Shown piece after piece: positions 35,850 to 45,137 of a stretch of DNA of 64,000 bases (positions are counted from its first letter, which is position 1; each line of letters opens with the position of its first letter). A program made the translations under genes and the position numbers. The notes under the pieces were generated by a model. The model was not told where the DNA came from. It did no database searches and saw only the letters and a list, made by a program, of their open reading frames with translations. The DNA is from Minisyncoccota bacterium (GTDB taxonomy: Bacteria > Patescibacteriota > Minisyncoccia > Phycocordibacterales > CALRHW01): positions 24,293 through 88,292 of the forward strand of contig JAXLZT010000002.1 of assembly GCA_046350795.1 (NCBI GenBank), in the 5' to 3' direction.

Positions 35850-38450
35850 TTATATAACACTTCCGGAAGTGCCCCATTGTGAAAGAAGTATTGAGAAATC
35901 AACAGAGTTGACTGTGCTGTCTTGATTTATATCTACACATTCGTTTTGAAATGGCGCTATATTTTTCCAAAAAGCAAGCAAGATAGAGAAATCTACAGAG
36001 TTTACTATGTTGTCGGAGTTGAAATCTGCACCTTTACATGAGCCGGTATTACCTGATGATGAACTTCCGCCACCACTACTTCCGCCGCCACCACCGCCAC
36101 CGCCGGAGCTACCACCCCCACTGACTGTGAATGTTCTAGATGATCCTGAAGAATCTGTACCGAAGTACACTATGAGTTTGAAATAATAATCTCCTGCAGA
36201 ATCAACTGTCGCTGTAAGGTTTGTATTCCAATCTTCTCCTGGGTTTATAAATTTAGCACCTGTTGCGTGATATTCATCGTCTCCACCGCCACAAGAGTTT
36301 GATGCGCTAGATACAACGCACCATTCGTATTGGTATTCATATCCAGCTAGACCTTCGTTTGTAATTGTTACGTTTGCGCTGATATCAGAGACTGAGTTTG
36401 CTGTAACACTATTTATAATTACCTGAGCAGGGGAGCCAGCTACTAGCCAGTAATCGTTGTTTGTAAGTGTTTTACCACTTTCAACTTGTGTACTTATAAC
36501 ACTTTCCCATACGCCCTGAGTCGCACCAGAGGCTACAGAATATGTGTATTCATATATACCGGTTCCTACAGATGACATCGCAACATTTGATACTGTTACA
36601 TTTCTGAGAGGATCGTAAAGTGTGATTGTTGGTGTAGCAAATGGGGAAGTAGGAACACTGTTGTTATTTCTGATTTCAATTCTAGCTCTGTATGTTTCGC
36701 CAGCTTGAACTTCGTTGAAGTCTGACATTACTGTTGTCCAGCCAGAGCTTCCGCCGATTGCGCTTATCGCTGAAGCAAGAGATGTACTAGCAGTTAAAAC
36801 GCTACTATTTGTATTACTATTCACAGCACTTGTACCAGCTGTGATCGCTGAAGCCAAACTACTTGTCGCTGTCTGTACGTCAGACAATGTTGCGAGACTT
36901 CCGCTTGTGAGTGCTCCGCTTGTTAGAGTACGTACAGAGTTTGACCAGACATCAGACGCAAGTGTGCCGAAAGAGGTGAGTGTTCTACCACTATATGACC
37001 AAATCACTGCAGGAATTGTTGCAAACAAGCTTGATGAAGCTGTTGCGATCTCTGCGTCAGTGTTTGCGTTTACATCAGTCACTATATTCGCTGTCGCACT
37101 ATTGGTATTTGCGTTGATTACAGCAGCCAAACTAGATGTAGCTGTTGTCACCACTGAGCTTGTGTTGCTGTTTACAGCACTTGTACCAGCTGTGATCGCT
37201 GAAGCCAAACTACTTGTCGCTGTCTGTACGTCAGAAAGTGTTGCGAGAGAGCCAGATGTGAGCGCTCCACTTGTTAGAGTACGTACAGAATTTGACCAGA
37301 CACTAGATGTCACATCAGCTACGAGCGTACCAAAAGATGTAAGTGTTCTTCCGCTATATGACCAGATTGTTGCGGGAAGTGTAGCGAATAGAGATGATGA
37401 GGCCGTTGCAATCTCAGCATCAGTGTTTGCATTTACGTCAGTTACTATGTTTGCAGTAGCGCTGTTTGTGTTCGCATTAATAACCGCGGCTAGACTAGAT
37501 GAAGCTGTTGCAACCCTTGAGTCAGTGTTTGAGTTTACGACAGCAGCCAAACTACTTGTCGCTGTCTGTACGTCAGACAATGTTGCGAGACTTCCGCTTG
37601 TGAGTGCTCCGCTTGTTAGAGTACGTACAGAGTTTGACCAGACATCAGACGCAAGTGTGCCGAAAGAGGTGAGTGTTCTACCACTATATGACCAAATCAC
37701 TGCAGGAATTGTTGCAAACAAGCTTGATGAAGCTGTTGCGATCTCTGCGTCAGTGTTTGCGTTTACATCAGTCACCATATTCGCTGTCGCACTATTGGTA
37801 TTTGCGTTGATTACAGCAGCCAAACTAGATGTAGCTGTTGTCACCACTGAGCTTGTGTTGCTGTTTACAGCACTTGTACCAGCTGTGATCGCTGAAGCCA
37901 AACTACTTGTCGCTGTCTGTACGTCAGAAAGTGTTGCGAGAGAGCCAGATGTGAGCGCTCCACTTGTTAGAGTACGTACAGAATTTGACCAGACATCAGA
38001 AACTAAGCTACCAAAGGAGCTAAGTGTACGAGTAGTACTGTTCCAAACAGCATTCGCTATGGTACTTGTAGCAGCTATTGTCGCTCCGACTGTAAAGGTT
38101 TTATTTACTTTCACTAAATCACCGTTAGAAATGTTCCCACACGTCATATAAGTAGGCCAATTGCCCTCACTTTCTCCAGCACCAATAGAAAAATTGTAGT
38201 ATGTCCAACCATTTGCATTGGCTGTCATTGCACCAGCGTTTAATTTTACGCTTCCAGAAGGATCGTAGATAGTCAGAGTACAGCCAGCAGTAGTTGTTGC
38301 TACAAAATCATCATCATAAACAAACTCACCTATAGTAATAGTGTCACCAAGAGAAGCTCTTTGATAGTCCGCTTTTGCTGTATTTGAAAAAGACAAAAAC
38401 AACCCAAAAAATAAAATGCAAAATGCAAAAAAGGGTAGTGTTTTTTTCAT
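35850..38450 (-). CDS. Exported Ser/Thr-rich repeat fibre protein with C-terminal type-I dockerin-like domain
   Basis: Signal peptide (AKA); VW..RTLT repeats; Gly/Ser linker; ADFNSDNIVNSVDFSILL and VDINQDSTVNSVDFSILL duplicated Ca-binding loops. Confidence 0.8.
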   Translation of the reverse strand: MKKTLPFFAFCILFFGLFLSFSNTAKADYQRASLGDTITIGEFVYDDDFVATTTAGCTLTIYDPSGSVKLNAGAMTANANGWTYYNFSIGAGESEGNWPTYMTCGNISNGDLVKVNKTFTVGATIAATSTIANAVWNSTTRTLSSFGSLVSDVWSNSVRTLTSGALTSGSLATLSDVQTATSSLASAITAGTSAVNSNTSSVVTTATSSLAAVINANTNSATANMVTDVNANTDAEIATASSSLFATIPAVIWSYSGRTLTSFGTLASDVWSNSVRTLTSGALTSGSLATLSDVQTATSSLAAVVNSNTDSRVATASSSLAAVINANTNSATANIVTDVNANTDAEIATASSSLFATLPATIWSYSGRTLTSFGTLVADVTSSVWSNSVRTLTSGALTSGSLATLSDVQTATSSLASAITAGTSAVNSNTSSVVTTATSSLAAVINANTNSATANIVTDVNANTDAEIATASSSLFATIPAVIWSYSGRTLTSFGTLASDVWSNSVRTLTSGALTSGSLATLSDVQTATSSLASAITAGTSAVNSNTNSSVLTASTSLASAISAIGGSSGWTTVMSDFNEVQAGETYRARIEIRNNNSVPTSPFATPTITLYDPLRNVTVSNVAMSSVGTGIYEYTYSVASGATQGVWESVISTQVESGKTLTNNDYWLVAGSPAQVIINSVTANSVSDISANVTITNEGLAGYEYQYEWCVVSSASNSCGGGDDEYHATGAKFINPGEDWNTNLTATVDSAGDYYFKLIVYFGTDSSGSSRTFTVSGGGSSGGGGGGGGSSGGGSSSSGNTGSCKGADFNSDNIVNSVDFSILLAFWKNIAPFQNECVDINQDSTVNSVDFSILLSQWGTSGSVI
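36820..38060 (-). repeat. Intragenic tandem repeats: about four ~350-bp units, including a near-perfect duplication at ~693-bp offset
   Basis: agccaaactacttgtcgctgtctgtacgtcaga occurs four times (about 36852, 37203, 37545, 37896). Confidence 0.9.
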
Positions 38451-38541
38451 GAGAATATTTGATTCAATAATATTTGATTCAAACTGATTAGTAAAGAAAT
38501 ATATCCACAGATTTTTCATTTATTTGTTCAAATAACATGTT

Positions 38542-39153
38542 ATGATATTTATAGTTTTTATGTTTTCCTTTGCACCAAATAAATTTTCTTTTCGTTTAAT
38601 TAGGAAAGGAAAAATAAAAAAAGAAAACGGTGAAAGTGTACCGGCTATTGGCGATTTCGATAAGCGCCTTTTCTTGAAAGTACTTGGTACAGCTGGAGTA
38701 GGTGTGTTTGCTGCAACAATGTTTCCCAAGAAAGCAGACGCTCTCATCATGGGAAGCACTCCTTCTTCTAGTGTTGTTGGGTTAAAAGATGATTCAAATA
38801 CTCGTATAAATCCAGCCACAGAAGAAAGTTTGCAGAGTTTGCTAAGCGGTCAGGGGGTAAACAAAATCACAACAAGCCTGAGCTCGTCTGGCACGGTGGT
38901 TACACCATCTTCTGGTAAAAAGTTGCGTATATATAGTACACGTTTTTCTTTGAGTGCTGATGCCACTTATGTTTCTTTCCGTTTTACATCTGGTGGCACA
39001 GATAAAGAAAAATATATTTCACCAAAAACTGGTGGTTTGTATGGTTCCAACAACCATCCCAACTATATAGAAGGTGGTGTGAATGAAGTTTTTTATTGCG
39101 CTATCAGTGGTACGACTACTGTGCAGATAAATGTGGATTATTTAGAAGTATAA
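38542..39153 (+). CDS. Protein with a twin-arginine-type signal (KR variant); start codon uncertain
   Basis: DKRLFLK + VLGTAGVGVFAATMF + PKKADA cleavage site; first gene of an operon ending in tatC-tatA. Confidence 0.75.
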   Translation: MIFIVFMFSFAPNKFSFRLIRKGKIKKENGESVPAIGDFDKRLFLKVLGTAGVGVFAATMFPKKADALIMGSTPSSSVVGLKDDSNTRINPATEESLQSLLSGQGVNKITTSLSSSGTVVTPSSGKKLRIYSTRFSLSADATYVSFRFTSGGTDKEKYISPKTGGLYGSNNHPNYIEGGVNEVFYCAISGTTTVQINVDYLEV

Positions 39154-39174
39154 TAGTGTATAATTAAAAAAATT

Positions 39175-41835
39175 ATGGCGAAAAGAGCGATAGAACATTT
39201 ATTTACCGGCACGACAACACCGTATTCCGTCTATGATTCTACAAAAACAGTTTTGGGTGACTTGATTCAGCAATACACAGGCGCGACTTCAACAGACAAA
39301 TTTGCCGGACCAACAAAAATCGGTGTCGCTAGACCCAACGAAACCGGTACAGCTATACCAGCTATTTATCCACACGTTATTTCTTGGGCTGATAAGAGAG
39401 GTTATTATAGCACTGGTACTGTATCTGCTTCAGGCACCTCTGTAACAGGTAGTGGTACATCATGGATTTCAAACGGTGTACCAATCGGTGCGCAAATTGG
39501 TTTTGGCAGTACAGATCCAGGGTCAATCACAACCTGGTATACCATAAGCACTGTTCCTTCAAATACTTCTATTACAATATCCTCTTCTGCTGGCACAATA
39601 GCTGGCGGAACATCTTACGTTATAAATAAAGAATTACAAAAAGATTGGGTATTTTTGGCTGACAACGCCACAGCGGCTGCCACTCGTCGTATTACTTGTT
39701 TTGAATACAATAGATCGACATCACTTTTTTCTTGGAGAGGTTTTATTACCATTACATATCCTTCTGGAGGAGGTAATCAAACCATCAGAGGTATGCGTGT
39801 GATATATGACACATACACCACAGGAACAGTCGGTGTTTCTGGTGCTACGGTGACAGGTAGCGGTACTACTTGGTCTGCTGATCGTATTGCCATTGGTTCA
39901 AGAATTGGTTTTGGTAGTACAGATCCCACTCAAATATCTACTTGGTATTATATAAATGCCGTCGGTGGCGATACTTCTATTACTATTCAAACAAACGTTA
40001 CTGCCAGTGGTACTGGAGGTACTGCTGCAAACATTTCCATAGCTTCAAGCACTGCTTATGTTATAGAAGATTTAAAGGTGCTGACAGCCACCACTGCTGT
40101 GGTGGTTGCTGCTGGAGGTTTGGCGGTGGTAAATGGTCTCTCTTATGATGATTTTGCTGTTGGAGGTACTACTATCGCTGCCGCGACTACAGTAGACAAA
40201 ACAAAAGCTGTATATTGTTTGGTTGATTTGGACTCTCTATATTCTACTGGTACCGTAACAGTGCCTTCTTCTACTACAGTTACAGGAAGCGGTACTTCTT
40301 GGGCAGCTGCAACACACTTGGGTTGTATGATTGGTTTTGGATCTACAAATCCAGCTTCTATTACTACTTGGTATACTATTACGGCGGTTGGTTCTACTAC
40401 ATCACTCACCATTTCTTCTGCAGCAACAGTTTCTGGAGGTACTGCGTATGTGATAGTGGGTGGAAACGGTATTTCTGGTGGTTTGGCTATTGATGATAGA
40501 GTGAGTTGGACTGAACAACATGCATATATTATTGAGGTCCAGGCTGGTACGACACCTCAGGTATATAAATACAATTTTCGTGCAAATTTAAACACATTAG
40601 GAAACGTGGCAGCAGGTAAGTCGGCTTGTGGCTGGATGCTTACTACTGGTACACAGACTGTTACAGGTACAGTTTCTCAGACAAACAACGGAAGAATAGG
40701 AACTTTGTCCCACGGTCCAGGATCTGGTGTTAAATGTTTATATTTTGCTGCCACAACTCGTATTCATAGGGCACCCCTTTCTGCTATTGTTCAGGGAAGC
40801 TCAACGTGGGTATCTGATTCTATGACCGAAATACCTACTGGAGGTACTGGTACATATACCGCTTCGAGTCTTATGACATCTGTAGAAATTGCTGATCAAA
40901 TAGACAGACTTATTATCACATCTACAGGTGCTGGAGGTACTACAGCTCACCATCGTGCTTATATTACAAAGTATGATTCTTCTGGTTCTTATGTTTTTGA
41001 TCACATATTTTTGACAGATAGTGCCCAGCAAGATCAATCTACAGCAGATTCTGATTCTACACCTCATCCAAATCCTCAGGGTGCTGCTTTGTCTGTATGG
41101 TCACAGGGAGGATTGGTATATATGGCACGTACTGGTACAGCTTCTACTACAAACATAATGTATTCAGTACCACTTGGTGCTGATTGGCAGTATGCTGACG
41201 GGACGGTAAAACAAAGACTTGTTACACCTGAGCTTTCTACCACAAACGCTACAAAACTTTCTCGTGTGTATATCAACGATGTCGGATATTTGGGATCAGG
41301 TGGTCTCACTATGCCTACAGAGCCGATTCGTATTTATTATAGAACTACTGGAATAGATGATGATTCTGGAACTTGGACACTAGTAGATCAGACGGGGGAT
41401 TTGGCAGAAGCAACACCAGCATCTACTGTACAATTTGCTATAGAGTTTAGATTAATTGGTGCCACATGTATACCAAATAGAGTTTTCAATTTGTGTTGTA
41501 CATACGAGGACAATACAACAGACAGTCATTATCAGCCGTCTGTTGCGCAATCTTCGATTACAAGCAAGCGTTTTGCATGGAGATTTTCAACAGCGTTTGG
41601 TGGTACTGTGCCGACTCTCAGAATACGACTATATAATGCAGAGACAGATGGTTTGATTTTGGATGATACAACCACAGCATCTGCTTCTGGAACATTTGAG
41701 AAGTCTACTGATGATGGTCAAAACTGGGGTTCATACAATACAACAGACAAGGGAAATGAAACTACTTACATTCGTTATACACCGACATCTTTGGCTGATG
41801 ATATAAAAGTAAGAGCCCTTTTAACTCAAAACTAA
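39175..41835 (+). CDS. Large beta-rich protein with three phage-tail-fibre-like repeats, no signal peptide
   Basis: Three copies of Y(S/T)TGTV..S...VTGSGT.W....G..IGFGST.P..I.TWY.I..V...TS.TI. Confidence 0.7.
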   Translation: MAKRAIEHLFTGTTTPYSVYDSTKTVLGDLIQQYTGATSTDKFAGPTKIGVARPNETGTAIPAIYPHVISWADKRGYYSTGTVSASGTSVTGSGTSWISNGVPIGAQIGFGSTDPGSITTWYTISTVPSNTSITISSSAGTIAGGTSYVINKELQKDWVFLADNATAAATRRITCFEYNRSTSLFSWRGFITITYPSGGGNQTIRGMRVIYDTYTTGTVGVSGATVTGSGTTWSADRIAIGSRIGFGSTDPTQISTWYYINAVGGDTSITIQTNVTASGTGGTAANISIASSTAYVIEDLKVLTATTAVVVAAGGLAVVNGLSYDDFAVGGTTIAAATTVDKTKAVYCLVDLDSLYSTGTVTVPSSTTVTGSGTSWAAATHLGCMIGFGSTNPASITTWYTITAVGSTTSLTISSAATVSGGTAYVIVGGNGISGGLAIDDRVSWTEQHAYIIEVQAGTTPQVYKYNFRANLNTLGNVAAGKSACGWMLTTGTQTVTGTVSQTNNGRIGTLSHGPGSGVKCLYFAATTRIHRAPLSAIVQGSSTWVSDSMTEIPTGGTGTYTASSLMTSVEIADQIDRLIITSTGAGGTTAHHRAYITKYDSSGSYVFDHIFLTDSAQQDQSTADSDSTPHPNPQGAALSVWSQGGLVYMARTGTASTTNIMYSVPLGADWQYADGTVKQRLVTPELSTTNATKLSRVYINDVGYLGSGGLTMPTEPIRIYYRTTGIDDDSGTWTLVDQTGDLAEATPASTVQFAIEFRLIGATCIPNRVFNLCCTYEDNTTDSHYQPSVAQSSITSKRFAWRFSTAFGGTVPTLRIRLYNAETDGLILDDTTTASASGTFEKSTDDGQNWGSYNTTDKGNETTYIRYTPTSLADDIKVRALLTQN

Positions 41836-41836
41836 T

Positions 41837-42445
41837 ATGATTCACATAGAAAATAATTCAGAGATTATAGAGAATAAAAATTTAAGAGTCGCTTCTCCTA
41901 CAGGTGATTATGAAGACACTGCTCTTGTAGATTTCTTTGATATTAGTAAGCCGGGTATGGTAGCTGGTTCTTTTCAGGCTCAATATATAAAATATGGCGG
42001 TCTCGTTTATAAATTTAACGAGCCATCAGAGCTCGGTGAAGCTATTTTAAAAGTAGACCCAGAATCTACACATTCAGCGGCATCTTATGTGCGCATGAGC
42101 AAGGAGCTTTTGGCTCAGATGAATGGTGGCACCCTAGATTCTTCTTCTCTTGATCAAATTAGGGTTGAAGAAAAAAATATTGTAGAAGAATCAGAGCCTG
42201 TAATACAAGAGCCAGCAGTACAAGATCCTGTTGTAGAAAAACCAAAAAAGCCAGAAAGGACTCGCAAACCAACACTTTCTTCTATGGACGGCGCTTTGTC
42301 TACTACCACTCCAGTTACCACCACATCATCTGATAACATAATAGAAGATGTCCAGTCTGTGGTAGAAGATGTTACCGTAAAAGCAGAACAAATCTCTAGA
42401 ACAGCAGAAAAAATATCAGATGTTGTAGAACAAATCGTTAGATAA
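41837..42445 (+). CDS. Hypothetical protein
   Basis: 202-aa ORF, 1 nt after the previous stop; low-complexity C-terminal half. Confidence 0.75.
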   Translation: MIHIENNSEIIENKNLRVASPTGDYEDTALVDFFDISKPGMVAGSFQAQYIKYGGLVYKFNEPSELGEAILKVDPESTHSAASYVRMSKELLAQMNGGTLDSSSLDQIRVEEKNIVEESEPVIQEPAVQDPVVEKPKKPERTRKPTLSSMDGALSTTTPVTTTSSDNIIEDVQSVVEDVTVKAEQISRTAEKISDVVEQIVR

Positions 42446-42450
42446 AAGCT

Positions 42451-42630
42451 ATGGCTCTTACAGATGTAAATTTTAATGAGGGTGAGGTGCAAGATTTTTT
42501 ACTGGAAATACCAACCGCTGTTTACTCTGGATCTTTAGAGGATGTCTTGGTGGAAGAGTCAGGTAGTCAAACATTGATGTCTGAGATACCAGAAGCCTCT
42601 GGCGGAAATATCTTCATAATGTCAGAATAG
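42451..42630 (+). CDS. Small acidic protein, 59 aa (not in ORF track)
   Basis: MALTDVNFNEGEVQDFLLEIPTAVYSGSLEDVLVEESGSQTLMSEIPEASGGNIFIMSE; fills the gap with 5-nt and 4-nt spacing. Confidence 0.7.
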   Translation: MALTDVNFNEGEVQDFLLEIPTAVYSGSLEDVLVEESGSQTLMSEIPEASGGNIFIMSE

Positions 42631-42634
42631 TGGG

Positions 42635-43366
42635 GTGGATGGATTAAAAGAAAATTTTAAAAAGTTTCTACCTTATTTAGAGGATTTACGTAGGAAGCTC
42701 TATTTTTCTACAATATTCTTTCTTGCTGTTTTTATAATAGGTTTTTTCTCTTCTGCTTTTATTATTAAAAGTGTAGTAGATATCTTTAGAATGAGTGGTG
42801 TGGTTATTGCCACTACTTCTCCATTTCAATTTGCAGATGTTGCAATGGATATCGGCTTTTTTTCAGCCATTATTTCAACTCTACCAATAGTGGTTTTTCA
42901 GATTTTCTCTTTTGCTTCTCCGGCACTTACCAATAGAGAGAAAAAATGGTTTTTTCTAGCTGTACCTATTAGTATTATATTTTTTCTGTCAGGATTTTCT
43001 TATGGTTTCTTGATTCTTTATTATTCTTTTGGTCTTTTAGCAAAAATAAATAGCGGTCTTGGTGTGCAAAATATATGGGACGTAAGCTCTTTTTTGTCAC
43101 AGATTTTTATTACGTCATCACTTCTTGGTGTGGTATTTCAATTTCCAATTATACTAACGGCTCTAATAAAAATCGGTATTATTAGTCGAGACTTTTTAAG
43201 TCAAAAGAGGCGCTTTGCTTACTTCTTGGTGTTCGTTCTGGTGTCTTTACTTCCACCTACTGATGGGCTATCATTATTAGCAATGGGATTGCCATTGGTT
43301 TTTTTGTACGAATTTACAATTTTAATTAATATTAAAAAACAACAACATGTTTGGATTAGGAACTAG
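42635..43366 (+). CDS. tatC: Twin-arginine translocase subunit TatC
   Basis: YLEDLRRKL, FASPALTNREKK, GVVFQFP, RRFAY, PPTD, PLVFLYE. Confidence 0.9.
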   Translation: MDGLKENFKKFLPYLEDLRRKLYFSTIFFLAVFIIGFFSSAFIIKSVVDIFRMSGVVIATTSPFQFADVAMDIGFFSAIISTLPIVVFQIFSFASPALTNREKKWFFLAVPISIIFFLSGFSYGFLILYYSFGLLAKINSGLGVQNIWDVSSFLSQIFITSSLLGVVFQFPIILTALIKIGIISRDFLSQKRRFAYFLVFVLVSLLPPTDGLSLLAMGLPLVFLYEFTILINIKKQQHVWIRN

Positions 43367-43505
43367 AGAGCTCATAATACTTGCGATAATCTTCATTCTA
43401 CTTTTTGGTGCAAAGAAGATTCCAGAACTTTCAAAGAGTATAGTAGAGGCTATCAGACACATGAGAGGTGCTTTCAAGGATATTGATGAGCCGAAGAAGA
43501 AGTAG
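43347..43505 (+). CDS. tatA: Twin-arginine translocase TatA/E subunit, 52 aa (not in ORF track)
   Basis: MFGLGTRELIILAIIFILLFGAKKIPELSKSIVEAIRHMRGAFKDIDEPKKK. Confidence 0.92.
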   Translation: MFGLGTRELIILAIIFILLFGAKKIPELSKSIVEAIRHMRGAFKDIDEPKKK

Positions 43506-43627
43506 GTAACAACAAAACAAAAGACCTTCTCAGGGTACGGATTTTTTGAAGCTTAAAAAATCCTGAAACGCTCGGCTCGACAGCCTCGCGACCCCCTTCG
43601 AAGGTCTTTTGTTTTGTTTGTTACCTA
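43503..43627. repeat. Structured intergenic repeat, copy 2
   Basis: taggtaacaacaaaacaaaagaccttc/gaaggtcttttgttttgtttgttaccta enclosing gggtacggattttttgaagcttaaaaaatcctgaa...cgacccc. Confidence 0.8.
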
Positions 43628-44371
43628 AAATCCCAAACCTTTCATAAACACATTGAGTTCTTCTCCTTTTAGCTCGCGGTAGCTACCTTTTGGTAATTTG
43701 CCAAGCTCTAGATTCATGATGCGCACTCGCTCTAGATCTACCACGTCGTTGAAAAGTGCAACGCACATGCGGCGGATCTGATGTTTTTTTCCTTCTGTAA
43801 GTATGATTCTAAACAAGTGATCGTTTATTACTTTTACTTTACAAGGCTTCGTCGTGTAGCTTTCTGTACCTTCTATGCGTACACCAGATTCCATTTTTTC
43901 TTTAAAATTTGCACGCAATTTTTCGCGAGTTTTTACAATGTATTCTTTTTCGTGAATATAGTCAGGGTTTAAAAGTTTGTCTGTGATACGGCCGTCATTG
44001 GTAAGTATTAAAAGTCCGTGTGAGTCCTTGTCGAGTCGGCCGACAGGGAAGACGCCATTTAGTTTTGTAGCACTGAGGACATCTTGCTCACCACGCTGAG
44101 GGGAGTGGGTGATCACTCCAACCGGCTTGTTGTATATGTAGTAGACATATTTTTTTGTTAGACTTCCTCCGCGCACTTCTACTAGATCATTTTCTTGTAC
44201 TTTGTCGCCAAGCACTGCAAGTCGGCCGTTGATATAAACTTTCTTTTTTTCCACGAGTTCATCGCCACCTTTTCGGGTAGCGTATTTTTTCAAAGCTAGA
44301 TATTTATTTATTCTCATTGGAAATTCTGGCTTTAATGGTTCGTTTATTTTGTTTGTTTTAGATGTTTTCAT
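43625..44371 (-). CDS. rRNA pseudouridine synthase, RsuA/RluB/RluF family, with S4 domain
   Basis: MRINKYLA, GRLDKDSHGL, EKEY, EGKKHQIRRM. Confidence 0.93.
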   Translation of the reverse strand: MKTSKTNKINEPLKPEFPMRINKYLALKKYATRKGGDELVEKKKVYINGRLAVLGDKVQENDLVEVRGGSLTKKYVYYIYNKPVGVITHSPQRGEQDVLSATKLNGVFPVGRLDKDSHGLLILTNDGRITDKLLNPDYIHEKEYIVKTREKLRANFKEKMESGVRIEGTESYTTKPCKVKVINDHLFRIILTEGKKHQIRRMCVALFNDVVDLERVRIMNLELGKLPKGSYRELKGEELNVFMKGLGF

Positions 44372-44409
44372 GTTGGCACTATAGCATATAAATAGCACAT
44401 AAATGTTTA

Positions 44410-44434
44410 AGGACCCCAAAAATCTCGGGGTCCT
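44410..44434. terminator. Hairpin aggacccc...ggggtcct
   Basis: 8-bp stem downstream of the minus-strand orphan gene. Confidence 0.5.
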
Positions 44435-44492
44435 GGTGTTGTGATGAGTGTCGACGCACGATCATGATTGAGTGGGTGAGGTGATTGAGTCT

Positions 44493-44852
44493 TCAGTTGT
44501 TGCTCACATCATGGCGTGACGCATTCTGTCGTTTCACCTCTCGTACGATTTCCTCGGAAGCCTCATCAATTAGAGCTTCCACCTCATCCAGGATCTCTCC
44601 GGCGGTCTTCTCGAAGTCGATGACGCCGTTGCTGGTGGTCGTCTTCCGTGGGAGATGAGACATCACTGATTCCATGAGATGACGCACCTCCTCAATCACA
44701 ACCTTGCCGTCATCCCTTGCCTTCTTCAGGATTGGAATGGCGTCTTCTTGGTATCGGAACCGGACACTTTCAGTCTCGTCGGAATACTGGAAGTGTCCCT
44801 CAACGATGCACATGCTTCGCACATATTGTGCTGGCCTGATGATCTTGCTCAA
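44493..44852 (-). CDS. Orphan hypothetical protein, GC-richer, SD-led
   Basis: AAGGAGG 5 nt before a TTG at 44852; TTGACA upstream. Confidence 0.6.
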   Translation of the reverse strand: MSKIIRPAQYVRSMCIVEGHFQYSDETESVRFRYQEDAIPILKKARDDGKVVIEEVRHLMESVMSHLPRKTTTSNGVIDFEKTAGEILDEVEALIDEASEEIVREVKRQNASRHDVSNN

Positions 44853-45137
44853 GTGAGCCTCCTTGCAAAAGTGTAGGTGTGGTGTCGGGGAATGACGATG
44901 ATGAAGAACAAGCTTGGTACGCTCAATAACATACACTATATTTCAATATTGTCAAGCGGATGTAGAGTCTATGCATGTATACTTATAGCTTATTTCCTCG
45001 CTAGACTTGACATTTTTCCCATAATCGTCTATGCTTGGGCGCGTAAGAGTTATCTACTAGAAGAACGTAAGACTTGTTTCTTTGTTCGATATAGGGGATT
45101 CGAATCTTACGTTTTATTCATAAGCCCATAATTTATA

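Noticed and set aside
36715-38151. 478-aa + strand ORF
   Set aside because: Antisense shadow of the Ser/Thr/Ala repeat gene; no independent signals.
38542-42630. Prophage
   Set aside because: Only fibre-like motifs; no terminase, capsid, portal, lysis or integrase genes, and the operon ends in tatC-tatA.
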